A program made the position numbers and the translations under genes. The notes beneath the pieces are model-generated. The model did not search any database and had not been told where the DNA came from. It was given only the letters and a program-made list of their open reading frames with translations. A stretch of DNA of 64,000 bases, from assembly GCA_018220985.1 (NCBI GenBank), contig JAAOXS010000003.1, positions 8,367 to 72,366 of the forward strand. The letters run 5' to 3'. This document shows, in pieces, positions 37,279 to 47,394 of the stretch (position 1 is its first letter; the number at the start of each line of letters is the position of its first letter). The DNA comes from Nanobdellota archaeon. GTDB taxonomy: Archaea > Nanobdellota > Nanobdellia > PEZQ01.

Positions 37279-38407
37279 TAGCTTTTTCGCCATTTGTTAT
37301 TTCTCGTTCAAGTTCCACGTATAATCTTCCTTTTTTCTCAAATACTTTTTTTGAAGTCCATTTTTCGCGAAACTTTTTGCAATGTTCTTTCATTCTTGTT
37401 TCAGGTCCTTTGTGAATTATTTTTTCAGGTATTTTTTCAGGTATTATGAAGAAAAAAGAGTTTTCTTCAGGTATTAGTCCATGTTTGTTTGAAAAACCAA
37501 GTTGTATGAGTTCTGAGCTTATTCTTCCAATTTTCTTGTTTAATTTGGCGAGAAAAATGTCGTTTTTTCCTTTTACAATAAATTTTTTTGAAAAAAATAT
37601 TTCCTTGTTCCCTTTTAATGATTTGAAATATTCTAACGTGTTTTTATTTTTAAAAAAGTTTTTAGACGGGTTTTTAGTGTATTCTTTGCTTATTTTCACG
37701 AATTTTTTGAATTTTTCTTCTGATAATGCGTTAGAAGCGTTTCTTAAGCTTTGAACTGGGTCTATGATTATTAGTGATGTTTTCTGACTTTTTTTTAGTG
37801 GTTGTTCTTGTTCGAGTATTATTTTTTTTCCAATTTTCCATTTCGCAACATTGGATATCGTGTTTTCAAATGTTTTGTAATGTATTGTTAGTAATTCAAT
37901 TGAGTAGCCTGATAGTCCTTGTTGGTAGGATTCCGCGCCGTATAACCCGTTTTGTTTGCAAAAATGTTTTAGTAGCATTGTTTCATCAGGGTGTTTTAAG
38001 TGTTTTTTCACGTATTCAACGTGAAATGGTGAGCAGTCCATTATGTTTTCTGCTTGTTCTGTTTTTTTAATTTCGTAAACAGGTATTATTTCTATTTTGA
38101 AGTTTTCTAAATTGAATGACGCGTAGTTTCTTGATGCTTTAACAATTTCAGGAGCGTATTTTTTCAGTGATTTTAGCGTTTTTTCACTGATGTTTTTCGT
38201 TTTTAACGCGTATTTTAAGAATATATCAATTTCTTTGTTGTTTTTTAGTCGTGTGTTTTTCGCAGCTGACCCTCCAAGGAAAGGTTGCGCGTGAGGTGAG
38301 TGTGTTTTTATTTCTTTTGATATTTGTTCAAAAATTTGGTTTATTTTTTCGTATTCTTGGTTTTCTGGTTTTATGTTTTTCAAAACTTGTTTCAAGAATT
38401 GTTTCAT
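37250..38407 (-). CDS. cca: Archaeal class I CCA-adding tRNA nucleotidyltransferase.
   Basis: GGSAAKNTRLKNNKEIDIF nucleotidyltransferase G[GS] motif with the DxD region. 385 aa. Confidence 0.75.
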   Translation of the reverse strand: MKQFLKQVLKNIKPENQEYEKINQIFEQISKEIKTHSPHAQPFLGGSAAKNTRLKNNKEIDIFLKYALKTKNISEKTLKSLKKYAPEIVKASRNYASFNLENFKIEIIPVYEIKKTEQAENIMDCSPFHVEYVKKHLKHPDETMLLKHFCKQNGLYGAESYQQGLSGYSIELLTIHYKTFENTISNVAKWKIGKKIILEQEQPLKKSQKTSLIIIDPVQSLRNASNALSEEKFKKFVKISKEYTKNPSKNFFKNKNTLEYFKSLKGNKEIFFSKKFIVKGKNDIFLAKLNKKIGRISSELIQLGFSNKHGLIPEENSFFFIIPEKIPEKIIHKGPETRMKEHCKKFREKWTSKKVFEKKGRLYVELEREITNGEKAIKKIVSSFS

Positions 38408-38542
38408 AATGGTTTATTAACAAAAACTAGTTATTAAATTATTTGAAAACGTGCATAGTCATATTTTCGTGTTATAATAATGTGTTATATGTTGTATTAA
38501 GCATAATAAAATTTTTAACAACTGTTCAAATGATAATTTAAT

Positions 38543-40738
38543 TTAGAACGAGAAGTCATCGTAATCAAAATCGTCCAATTCTTCACTTGTTTTCTCAGTT
38601 TTTTGATTTTCTTCTTCTTGTTTTTCAGGTTTTTCTTCTATTTCTTCATCAAGAAATGAATTGTATTCTGAGGGTATTTCTTCTTCAAAGCTTGTTTTTT
38701 CTGTTTCAATTTTTGAAAAGTCATTTTCGAAATTGATTGGTTGTTCAATGCGATTCTCCATTTTTTCTTCTTTTTTCTCGATTTTGTAGGAGTGTTGTGT
38801 TTTCCATATTATTTTCGAGTTTCCTGCTGGTAAGTGGCGTACTATTTCATCAATATCTGTAATACCTAATTTTTCTGATAGTTGTTTTGCAGTTTCTGTT
38901 TGCGTTAATTCTCCAGGTTTTATGAGATTGTAATTCATCGTCTTATTTTTTACAGTGTTTTCAGGTCCGGATATTATTTTATTGTCAACACGTCCGATTG
39001 CAAGTGTTAGTTCTTTTCCATGCAAGTAATTTCGTCTTCCGTAAACCATGAAGCTTCCTTTTTGCAGTCCGCTTTCTTTTGATAATTGTTGTGGTGTCAC
39101 CCAATAAACATCAGCTGCTCCGAAACCGTCACGCCAAGCTCGTGAATGGCAAGCAATGAATGTTCCTGCTTCTTCATAGTCATTTTGTTCTAGGTTGCCT
39201 GTTTCTTTTCTTAGTATTCCAAAAGGTGAACCTGGCAGGTCTGCGTGGAATATTATATCTTCATTTCTCACGTACCTTTTTATAAGTATGTCATTTTGAA
39301 CTGCGTCTCTACCGCACACTAATAAGTTATTATTTGTTGTGTGAAAGTATTTGAATTTTTCATACCAGTTAGCGTACGTTTTTTGAGTTATTTCTTTTAA
39401 TTCCTGTGCTTGTTCTGGAATTATTTGTTCTGCTTCACTTATTTTTTGTTCTGTTATTTCTAAGTGTTCTTTTGCTCTTCCAATTTTTGATTCTGATTGT
39501 TTTGCAGTTTCGTACATTTTTGAAGCTTGTGAGCCTATTGTTGAATCAAAGTTTAAGCGTGATTGTACTCCTTTTACTTTAAATGTTCGTGTTGCAGGGT
39601 CTAAGTTTTCAACTAGTAGTGCTGCTTCAATTCCGTTTTTCCTGTCAATTTCGAGCTTTTCGCGTATTTCATCCCATGATTCTCCCGCGTTTCTTGTTTT
39701 TAGTATTGCAAGTCGGACTTGTTCGAGTAATCCTATTTTTTGCATTATGTCCGCGCCGTGTTCTCTTTTTTCTTCAGATTTTGTTTCAAGTTCTTTTATT
39801 CTTTCTTCTTGTTTTTCTTTTATTATTTCAAATTTGTTAACTTGTTTTTCTTTTATTTCTTCTTTTTCTTGAGTTTCTATTTCAAAAAGGTTTTTCGTGT
39901 AGTATTCGTCAACAGCTCTGTTAAAAAAGTCTGTTTCCGTTTTTTTTGAATTTGCGTAGCACTCAAGGGGTGTTGGTTGGTAGTCTGTTGGTTTTTCGTT
40001 TTCTAAAATTATTGATGGTTCGTATTTTTTGTATTTTAGAATTCTTACGAACGCGTCTATTTGTGAGTACAATTTTTCGTAATCTTCCCCTTTCAAATCA
40101 CTTAAAGGTTTATCCTTATCTATTCGTGCTCTTAAACAAATTTCTTCAGCGTATTTTCCTCCAAGTCCTATGTCTGCCGCAAGTGATTTCACAACGCTTC
40201 CCATTCGCGAATAATTCATTGTTCTTTTAAACATTATTAAGTTAAGAGTTAGTGGCGTCATCCTTTTTTCGGGCAGTATGTATGGTTTGTGAACCATTAT
40301 TTTTCTATCTCTGAATACTTGAACTTGCTTTAATGCTAGTATGTCATTATCAGAATTGCACAGTACGAAGTTTCCAGGGCTGAAAAGTTCGCATACAAGT
40401 TTTTTAATTCCGTCTTTTGTGTCAAAATTTATTTCAAGAATTCTATCATTGTTTTTTTGGGCTATTGATTTTATAAATGAGTTTGTTAAGTGTTTTCTTA
40501 AAAACATGCAAAAGTGGGGTGGAAAGTGTTTATAGTCTTTTTTATAGTTTGAAAGATAAATTGCTCTTCCGCTTAGTATTCTTAGTATTAGTTTTCCGTA
40601 GTTTTTGTGGTATAGTACGAAAACTAATTCGTCATTTCCTGGTTGGTAAACTTTCTCAACTTTCGCTTCGCGAATATTTTGGAGTTCTCTTACTACGCAG
40701 TAAAGGTCAAGTGAGGTTATATTTTTTACGTGTTCCAT
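38543..40738 (-). CDS. NFACT-family protein (archaeal RqcH/NEMF/FbpA homologue).
   Basis: The N-terminal NFACT-N-like region starts MEHVKNITSLDLYCVVRELQ. Then a central coiled coil, an NFACT-R-like region, and an acidic C-terminal tail. 731 aa. Confidence 0.65.
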   Translation of the reverse strand: MEHVKNITSLDLYCVVRELQNIREAKVEKVYQPGNDELVFVLYHKNYGKLILRILSGRAIYLSNYKKDYKHFPPHFCMFLRKHLTNSFIKSIAQKNNDRILEINFDTKDGIKKLVCELFSPGNFVLCNSDNDILALKQVQVFRDRKIMVHKPYILPEKRMTPLTLNLIMFKRTMNYSRMGSVVKSLAADIGLGGKYAEEICLRARIDKDKPLSDLKGEDYEKLYSQIDAFVRILKYKKYEPSIILENEKPTDYQPTPLECYANSKKTETDFFNRAVDEYYTKNLFEIETQEKEEIKEKQVNKFEIIKEKQEERIKELETKSEEKREHGADIMQKIGLLEQVRLAILKTRNAGESWDEIREKLEIDRKNGIEAALLVENLDPATRTFKVKGVQSRLNFDSTIGSQASKMYETAKQSESKIGRAKEHLEITEQKISEAEQIIPEQAQELKEITQKTYANWYEKFKYFHTTNNNLLVCGRDAVQNDILIKRYVRNEDIIFHADLPGSPFGILRKETGNLEQNDYEEAGTFIACHSRAWRDGFGAADVYWVTPQQLSKESGLQKGSFMVYGRRNYLHGKELTLAIGRVDNKIISGPENTVKNKTMNYNLIKPGELTQTETAKQLSEKLGITDIDEIVRHLPAGNSKIIWKTQHSYKIEKKEEKMENRIEQPINFENDFSKIETEKTSFEEEIPSEYNSFLDEEIEEKPEKQEEENQKTEKTSEELDDFDYDDFSF

Positions 40739-40788
40739 ATCTTTTTTTTTCGAATACTTTTTAACTTGTGATTTTTTGTTTTTGTTTT

Positions 40789-43164
40789 ATGCATGGAAAT
40801 TTTTATTTGTATTACGCCGATTTTAAAACGAGCGTTACTGGAAAGATTTGTGTACGACTATTTGGTAGAACTAAAAGGAATAAAAACGTTTGTGTAATTG
40901 ATTATAACTATAAACCATATTTTTGGGTTTTATGCAGTAAACCCCGTGAAATCGTTGAAAAAGCAGTTAAAACAGGTTTGTGCAGTGAAAATGTTTTAAG
41001 TGTTTGTGAAAAAAAGTTTTTAGGAAAAAAAGTTAATGTGGTTCGTGTTGAAGTTGAAAATTTTGAGGGATTAAAAAAAGTTAGTGCCACTTTCAAAAAA
41101 TTTTCTGGTGTTATCAGCGTTAACGAAGTTAGCATTCCTTTAGTCTCAAAGTACTTAATTGATAAAAAAATAATGCCTACGGGTTTAGTTAGTTTTGAAG
41201 GTGTTGAAGTTTCTGATTCTGACTTAAACGTTGATTCAGTGTTTAACGCTAGTAAAGTAGTTGGTTTAAGTGATGTTAGTGATGATTTTAGTGTTGCGAG
41301 TTTTGATATTGAAACTTTTTCAGAGAATCGTATTAGTTATGATGATCCTATAATTCTTATTTCTCTTGTTTCAAAGGATTTCAAAAAGTCGTATTCTTGG
41401 AAGAAAACTAGTAGGAAAAGTGTTGTGGTTTTCAATTCGGAAATGGATATGATTAAAGGTTTTTTTGATGATTTAAAAAAAGTTAATCCTGACATTCTTA
41501 TCGCGTATAATTCCAATGGTTTTGATTTTCCATTTCTGAAAGAACGTGCGAGAAAATTTGGCTTAAGCACTGGTTTTTCAAAAGATGGTTCACCAATTAA
41601 GATTTCCAGAGCTTCTAGAGGTTTTTTGCATGAGTTTTCAGGTATTAATCATATTGATTTGTACAGTTTCATGTCAAACATTTATGGTAGGACTTTGAAA
41701 TCTAATTCTTTAAAGTTATCAAGTGTTGCTCAGGAATTAGTTGGCGATTCTAAAAAAGAGTTTGGAACACCTCCAAGTTTATGGCGTGAAAATAAGATTA
41801 ATCAATTAGCAAGTTATTGTGAGCATGACGCGTTTCTAGTGTTAAAAATTTTTGACGTGGTTAAAAGTCTCATTTTTGAGCTTTCTAGATTAACTTTTGT
41901 TCAACCAGGCAGGGTGTGCGTTTCAGGTTTCAGTAGTTTAGTTGAGAATCATTTGATTTCAAAAAGAAATTATTTTAATGAAATCGCGCCTAATAAGCCA
42001 AGTGTTTCTGTTAAAAAAGATAGGTACGTTAATCGTCTTGAAGGCGCTTATGTTCATCAACCCACGCCAGGTATTTACAGTGATATTGTTCAATTTGATT
42101 TTCGTTCTATGTATCCTTCAATAATTAGCTCTCACAATATCGGTCCTGACACTTTTGTTAATAATTCTTTTTCGAAAAAAATCAGGGGTCTGATTCCTTC
42201 AAGTGTTAAAGAAATTATTGATAAGCGCGTCATTGTTAAGTCACAATGTAAAAAAGCGAAGGGCGCTAATCTTGTTTTGTTAAGGGCTAAGGAGCAGGCT
42301 TTGAAAGTTTTGGCTAATAGTACTTTTGGTTATTTGGCTTTTGATAATGCGCGTTGGTATTGTTTTAAGTGCGCTAGTGAAGTTACGCGTTTAGGTAGGG
42401 AGTATATTAAGAATACCATTTATGAATGTGAAAAAAATGGTTTTAGCGTTATTTATGGAGATACTGATTCCGTTTTTTTGAAGTTGGGCGATAAGTCTCT
42501 TGCCCAAGTTAAGAGTTTTATCTCTAAAATTAATAGTAATTTTCCTGAAGGTTTAGTTCTTAATTTAGAGGATTATTATTCTAAAGGAGTTTTTGTAAAG
42601 AAAAAAGAAAGTGGTAGCGCTGCTAAAAAAAAGTATGCTCTTGCAACTAAAAAAGGTGAGTTAATTGTTAAAGGGTTTGCTTTTGTTCGTAAGGATTGGA
42701 GTCCTATTGCTCGTGAAACTCAAATGGAAGTGTTTAAACAAATCCTTATTAAAGGTAATATTAAAAACGCGGTTAATGTTGTTTCAAAGTCTGTTAAAAA
42801 ATTAGTTGGTGGTAAGTGTTCAATTGATGAATTAATTATTAGCACTCGTTTAAAGAAAAACGTTGATGATTATAAATCAAAAAGTCCGCATGTACGTGCA
42901 GCGTTACATCTTAAAAACAATGGTTTGAACGCTTCTAAAGGTACAGTAATTAATTACATTATCTTAAAAGGTAAGGGTTCTATAGGTGAGCGCGCTTGGC
43001 CGGTTGAACTTTTAAAAAACGGTTTTGAGTATGATGTTGATTATTATGTTAACAATCAGGTTATACCTGTTGTTATTGAAATTCTTGATGTTGCTGGAGT
43101 GGATAGGTTGGATTTTATTAAGAAAGAGCAGAGCATATTATCTGATTTTTCAGGCAATAATTGA
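40789..43164 (+). CDS. polB: Family B DNA polymerase (PolB).
   Basis: Exo I FDIETF. Pol motifs: region II DFRSMYPSI, motif C YGDTDS, and the KKKYA KxY region. No intein. Confidence 0.9.
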   Translation: MHGNFYLYYADFKTSVTGKICVRLFGRTKRNKNVCVIDYNYKPYFWVLCSKPREIVEKAVKTGLCSENVLSVCEKKFLGKKVNVVRVEVENFEGLKKVSATFKKFSGVISVNEVSIPLVSKYLIDKKIMPTGLVSFEGVEVSDSDLNVDSVFNASKVVGLSDVSDDFSVASFDIETFSENRISYDDPIILISLVSKDFKKSYSWKKTSRKSVVVFNSEMDMIKGFFDDLKKVNPDILIAYNSNGFDFPFLKERARKFGLSTGFSKDGSPIKISRASRGFLHEFSGINHIDLYSFMSNIYGRTLKSNSLKLSSVAQELVGDSKKEFGTPPSLWRENKINQLASYCEHDAFLVLKIFDVVKSLIFELSRLTFVQPGRVCVSGFSSLVENHLISKRNYFNEIAPNKPSVSVKKDRYVNRLEGAYVHQPTPGIYSDIVQFDFRSMYPSIISSHNIGPDTFVNNSFSKKIRGLIPSSVKEIIDKRVIVKSQCKKAKGANLVLLRAKEQALKVLANSTFGYLAFDNARWYCFKCASEVTRLGREYIKNTIYECEKNGFSVIYGDTDSVFLKLGDKSLAQVKSFISKINSNFPEGLVLNLEDYYSKGVFVKKKESGSAAKKKYALATKKGELIVKGFAFVRKDWSPIARETQMEVFKQILIKGNIKNAVNVVSKSVKKLVGGKCSIDELIISTRLKKNVDDYKSKSPHVRAALHLKNNGLNASKGTVINYIILKGKGSIGERAWPVELLKNGFEYDVDYYVNNQVIPVVIEILDVAGVDRLDFIKKEQSILSDFSGNN

Positions 43165-43746
43165 TAGTGCGTATTCTAACGCGTAAGTTATTGGTAGTGA
43201 AATTATTAGGTTTATTGAAAAATAAATTAGTAGTCCTTGTAGTTTTGTTATTTTATTCATTTTTGAAACTGCTAGCCCTGCTGCGCGTAATGATAATATT
43301 AGTGATACGAAAGCTGTTATTGAAATAATTATTGATGCACCAGGTAAGTACGCGAATAATTGCATTGGTATGACAAATGCGTACGAAATTAATACTACAT
43401 AATTAAGCAGTGTTAGTGTTTGTTTCCAATTATTTTTTCCTTTAAAAAATGTTTTCGCGCAGAAAGCGGAAAGTATTGCTGTTAGTACTATTGTTGTTAT
43501 TGCAAGTATCGCTGAAAAAGTGATGTAAAAAGGCAGTAGGGATACTATTTCAGAAATTGTTATTATTCCTGTTGTATCTCCTGAAATTATAAGTATCAAA
43601 TATTGTAAAATAGTAATTGTTATGAGAGTTGTCATTGTTATTTGAAAACTTTTTTTCAGACCGTCTTTGTTAAATTTTTTAAAGGATCTCTCAGGGTTCG
43701 TAAACAGGTATACAAAGTTTTTGTAGTACTTGTCCATGTTTAACAC
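43150..43746 (-). CDS. Polytopic membrane protein (possibly Yip1-like).
   Basis: 198 aa with about 5 TM helices. Confidence 0.35.
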   Translation of the reverse strand: MLNMDKYYKNFVYLFTNPERSFKKFNKDGLKKSFQITMTTLITITILQYLILIISGDTTGIITISEIVSLLPFYITFSAILAITTIVLTAILSAFCAKTFFKGKNNWKQTLTLLNYVVLISYAFVIPMQLFAYLPGASIIISITAFVSLILSLRAAGLAVSKMNKITKLQGLLIYFSINLIISLPITYALEYALSIIA

Positions 43747-43785
43747 AATAAATTTAATAGTATTTAAACAGTTCTAAAAAATAGT

Positions 43786-44658
43786 ATGATTGATGAAGCA
43801 ATAACTGCTGGTAAAGTTGCGAGTAAAGTTCGTGATTTATCTTTAAAACTTGTTAAGCCAGGAGCTAAAGTTTTTGATATTGCTGAAAAAATTGAGGCTA
43901 AAATAATTAGTTCAGGTTGCGGTATTGCTTTTCCAGTTAACATTTCTATTAATGAGTTAGCAGCTCATGATACTGCTATGATTAATGATAAGCGAGTTTT
44001 AAAAAAGGGTGATGTGGTTAAGGTTGATGTTGGCACGCACATTGATGGTTTTATTGCTGATACTGCGAGAACTGTTATTGCAGGAGAGCCTAATAATAGT
44101 TTAGTAATTTGTGTTGAAAAATGTCTAAGTAACGCGTTGAAATTTGTTAGGCCTGGTGAAAAAATAAGTAAGGTTGGTGAAGTTATTCAGGGTGTTGCTG
44201 ATTCGTGTGATTTGTCAGTTGTGAAGAATCTTGTCGGTCATGGTTTAGGTAGGTATAATGTTCACACGGGTGTTAGTATTCCTAATTACAAAAATAATGA
44301 GTCTGGTGTTTTTAAAAAAGATGAGTTGGTTGCAATTGAGCCTTATCTAACAGATGGCACAGGTAGTGCTGTTGGAATTAATCGTGCGGAAATTTATTCT
44401 TTGAACAGGCTTAAACCTGTTCGTGTGAGAAAGGCTCGTGAATTGCTTGATTGGGTTGTTAAGGAAAGAAATGGATTGCCTTTTTGCAAGAGGTGGTTGA
44501 ACGGTTATGGTAAGCAGTTGGATTTTATTCTTAATCTTCTTACTCGTCAGGGTATTCTTACTGAGTACAAGGTTTTAAGGGAAGTTTCTGAAAAACGTGT
44601 TTCGCAGAGGGAGGATACTGTTTTGCTTGTTGATAAACCCATTATTACTACAAAATAG
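43786..44658 (+). CDS. map: Methionine aminopeptidase, type 2 (archaeal).
   Basis: About 290 aa with pita-bread fold motifs (AHD, DVGTHIDGFIAD, HGLG). Confidence 0.85.
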   Translation: MIDEAITAGKVASKVRDLSLKLVKPGAKVFDIAEKIEAKIISSGCGIAFPVNISINELAAHDTAMINDKRVLKKGDVVKVDVGTHIDGFIADTARTVIAGEPNNSLVICVEKCLSNALKFVRPGEKISKVGEVIQGVADSCDLSVVKNLVGHGLGRYNVHTGVSIPNYKNNESGVFKKDELVAIEPYLTDGTGSAVGINRAEIYSLNRLKPVRVRKARELLDWVVKERNGLPFCKRWLNGYGKQLDFILNLLTRQGILTEYKVLREVSEKRVSQREDTVLLVDKPIITTK

Positions 44659-44764
44659 TTCTAAAGCGTTTTTTTTGTAAAATAAGGTGTTTCCTCCGCA
44701 TAACGAAATTATTAAATACGCTTAAAGCGTTATTTTATTAAATAGTGGGGGTTTTAATCAAAAA

Positions 44765-44986
44765 ATGAGTGGGAAAAGGGCTTCTCTGCCACTTGCACCT
44801 GTAGAAAAAATAATTAGGGCAGGTAGTGGTGCGAATAGGGTTTCTTCTGGCGCTACGAAAACACTTGCGAATGTTCTTACTGAAATAGCTTTAAAAATTA
44901 GTGAGAGAGCAACTTTTTTGGCTAAGCATGCTGGGAGAAAAACCATTAAAGCTGAGGATATTAATTTAGCTTCTAAAGAGATTTGA
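44765..44986 (+). CDS. Archaeal histone (HMf family).
   Basis: LPLAPVEKIIRAGSGANRVS...KHAGRKTIKAEDINLA closely parallels HMfB. 73 aa. Confidence 0.85.
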   Translation: MSGKRASLPLAPVEKIIRAGSGANRVSSGATKTLANVLTEIALKISERATFLAKHAGRKTIKAEDINLASKEI

Positions 44987-44989
44987 AGT

Positions 44990-47008
44990 TTATTTTTTGT
45001 TTTTTTTCAAGTAATCTTTACTGGAGCAGTTAATGTTTATGCATAAGTCCCATGGTCGTTTTCCGCGTCTTATTAATCTAACAACAGGCATTCCGCATTC
45101 TTTGCAAGTTTTGTGCAGTACTTGTATTTTTCCATTTTGGGGTAGTGGGAAAGAGTTGGAGCATTTCGGGTAATTGTCACATCCCACAAATCGTTTTCCA
45201 GTTCTTCTTGAACGTATTATGACGAGTTTTCCTTTTTTGCATTTAGGGCATGTTGATAAAATAGCGTCATCTTTTAATGCTTCTACAAGTTCTTTCCCAA
45301 TTTTTTTGTTATGTTTCTCAAAATCTTTTAGTATTGCTTTAACTGCTTTTTTTGAGTGTTCAAGTGCTTTTTCTTTTTTCAGTTTTCCGTGCAGTACTAA
45401 GTCCATGTTTTTATCAACTTCCATTGTTAGGCTTTTCGAAATAATTTTAGGAGAGTATTTTTCAAGTATTTCCACAATTGTTCTTCCAAGTTCAGTTACT
45501 GTTACACTTTTTCCTGTCAAGTATCCTCGATAGTAAAGTGTTTTTAGTATATCTGAACGTGTTGCTTTTGTCCCAATTTCTTCTTTATCCATTAGTTTAA
45601 TTAGTGATGCTTGAGAAAAACGGTTTGGTGGTTGTGTTTTTTTAGAGTGTTTTTTTGATTTATCAATGTGTATAGTATCGTTTTTAGTGTGTTCAGGTAG
45701 TTCAACATCATCTTCTAATATGTAATCGTAATATTTTATCCAGCCTTGTTTTATTGTTTGTTTTCCATGGGCTGTGAATTCAAATCCTTTGCTGTTAATC
45801 GTGTATGTTACACTTTTTTTAAGCGCAGGTTCTGCGAAACTTGCTAAAAATCTTTTTACAATCAAATCGTATAATTTTAATTCTTTTCCGCGAACAGGTT
45901 TGCTACTTCCTGTTGGATATATTGCTGGGTGCGCAGGGTCAGTTTTTTTTCCGTCTACGGGTTTAAGTTCTTTTTTATCTAATAGCATGTTGCACAAGTT
46001 TTCGTATTTACTTTGTTTTGCTAGTTTATTTATTATCTTTTTGTACCCGATTGATGGAGGTAGTTGTTGTGATGATGTTCTAGGGTATGATATCATCCCT
46101 TTTTCGTACAGTTTTTGAGCTAATTCTAATGTTTTTGAGGGTAGTGAGTTTATATGTGAGTAAGCTTCTGTTTGTAGTATTGTTAGATTAAAGGGTTCAC
46201 AAGCGGGTTGTGTGTATTCTCTTTGTTTGATTTCAGTTATTTTTGCAGTTTTACTTTTTGCAGATTCATAAACTTTTTTCGCTTGTTCAGGTTTCCATAT
46301 TTTTTGAGGGTGGAATGCTTCAACTCCTTCAAAAGTTATTGATATTTCCCAGTAAGGTTTTGATTTGAAATTTTCTATTTCTATTTCTCTTTCGTAAAGG
46401 ACTTTAAGCATTGGTCCTTGCACTCTGCCCATTGACAGTATTTTGAACCTTCCCGCGGATTTTATTGATTCCATCAATGCTCTGGACGAGTTTATTCCCC
46501 AATAATAGTCTGTTAAATGTCTTAATTCTCCTGCGTTTATCATTCCTTTGTTTAAGTGTTTGTTTCTTTTCTCAAATGAGTGTTGCAGTTCGTCTTTTGT
46601 TAGTGTTGAGAATTTCATTCGTTCAGCATCTGTTTTTTCGAATAAGTATTTTAGAATTGTGTACGCTATCACTGAGCCTTCAGTATCGTAATCTGTTGCG
46701 ACTATGAATTTTTTCGCTTTTTTTTTCAAGCTTAAGAATGCTTCATAGTATTTTTTTGTGTAATTAGCATCATCCCTAAATGAGTGGGTTGGTGTCCATT
46801 CAACTTCAAATATTGGTGTTTTTGCTCCTTTTTTGTGTTTTAAATTAAATAAGTGACCTACAGCAGGTGCAGCGTAGTATGTTTCGTTTCCTTTTTTGAA
46901 TTCGTACGTTTTCACGCCTTTGATTACTTTTATTTTCGCGTTATCAGAAAGTGCTCTTACAATTTTTTGGCATGCAATTGGTTTTTCAGTAATTATAAGA
47001 GTTGACAT
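44990..47008 (-). CDS. topA: Type IA DNA topoisomerase (TopA/Topo III-like) with C-terminal zinc ribbons.
   Basis: N-terminal Toprim (LIITEKP), a catalytic Tyr region, and C-terminal CPKCKKG...CDNYPKC and CKECG...CININC. Confidence 0.8.
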   Translation of the reverse strand: MSTLIITEKPIACQKIVRALSDNAKIKVIKGVKTYEFKKGNETYYAAPAVGHLFNLKHKKGAKTPIFEVEWTPTHSFRDDANYTKKYYEAFLSLKKKAKKFIVATDYDTEGSVIAYTILKYLFEKTDAERMKFSTLTKDELQHSFEKRNKHLNKGMINAGELRHLTDYYWGINSSRALMESIKSAGRFKILSMGRVQGPMLKVLYEREIEIENFKSKPYWEISITFEGVEAFHPQKIWKPEQAKKVYESAKSKTAKITEIKQREYTQPACEPFNLTILQTEAYSHINSLPSKTLELAQKLYEKGMISYPRTSSQQLPPSIGYKKIINKLAKQSKYENLCNMLLDKKELKPVDGKKTDPAHPAIYPTGSSKPVRGKELKLYDLIVKRFLASFAEPALKKSVTYTINSKGFEFTAHGKQTIKQGWIKYYDYILEDDVELPEHTKNDTIHIDKSKKHSKKTQPPNRFSQASLIKLMDKEEIGTKATRSDILKTLYYRGYLTGKSVTVTELGRTIVEILEKYSPKIISKSLTMEVDKNMDLVLHGKLKKEKALEHSKKAVKAILKDFEKHNKKIGKELVEALKDDAILSTCPKCKKGKLVIIRSRRTGKRFVGCDNYPKCSNSFPLPQNGKIQVLHKTCKECGMPVVRLIRRGKRPWDLCININCSSKDYLKKNKK

Positions 47009-47064
47009 AAGTATTACTTCTAAATGGTTTACTTTTATAACTTACTCTTACCCACACACAAAAA

Positions 47065-47388
47065 TTACTCTTTTAGCATTACTTGTGCGAACGCGATTAC
47101 TCCTGCGAACACTGCTAATAATAGTACATTTGGTGTTATAATCCAGTACGCGAACGCGAATATTGCTGTTATTATTATTGATTGAGTTATTGATTTTTGG
47201 AAGATAACGTCAAGTAAACTTCCTATTATCATTAAAATTATTGCAGTGATTAATGGTGAAATTGGTAATGGTATTATGCTTATCACAAAATTTGGGATTA
47301 GTATTTCGGGCACGAAGTTAAGTATTCCCGTAAAAAAATTTGTTATAACTAATAATGATGTTAGTACGTCAATTGTTAGTTGCTTCAT
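47065..47388 (-). CDS. Small membrane protein.
   Basis: 107 aa with 3 predicted TM helices. Confidence 0.3.
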   Translation of the reverse strand: MKQLTIDVLTSLLVITNFFTGILNFVPEILIPNFVISIIPLPISPLITAIILMIIGSLLDVIFQKSITQSIIITAIFAFAYWIITPNVLLLAVFAGVIAFAQVMLKE

Positions 47389-47394
47389 TACTTA

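Noticed and set aside
39583-40764. A chain of + strand ORFs (64-95 aa) inside the NFACT gene, and similar antisense ORFs inside topA (45174-47141), polD (58099, 59668) and aglB (14317-15078).
   Set aside because: In each case the opposite strand encodes a long ORF with family-specific motifs. The antisense frames are F/L/S-rich, as expected from A/T-rich codon complements.
40789-43164. A possible intein in PolB, or in PolD DP2 or Cdc6.
   Set aside because: Lengths (798, 1182 and 407 aa) and contiguous polymerase motifs (YGDTDS intact) leave no room for a 150-500 aa insertion. No intein block motifs were seen.
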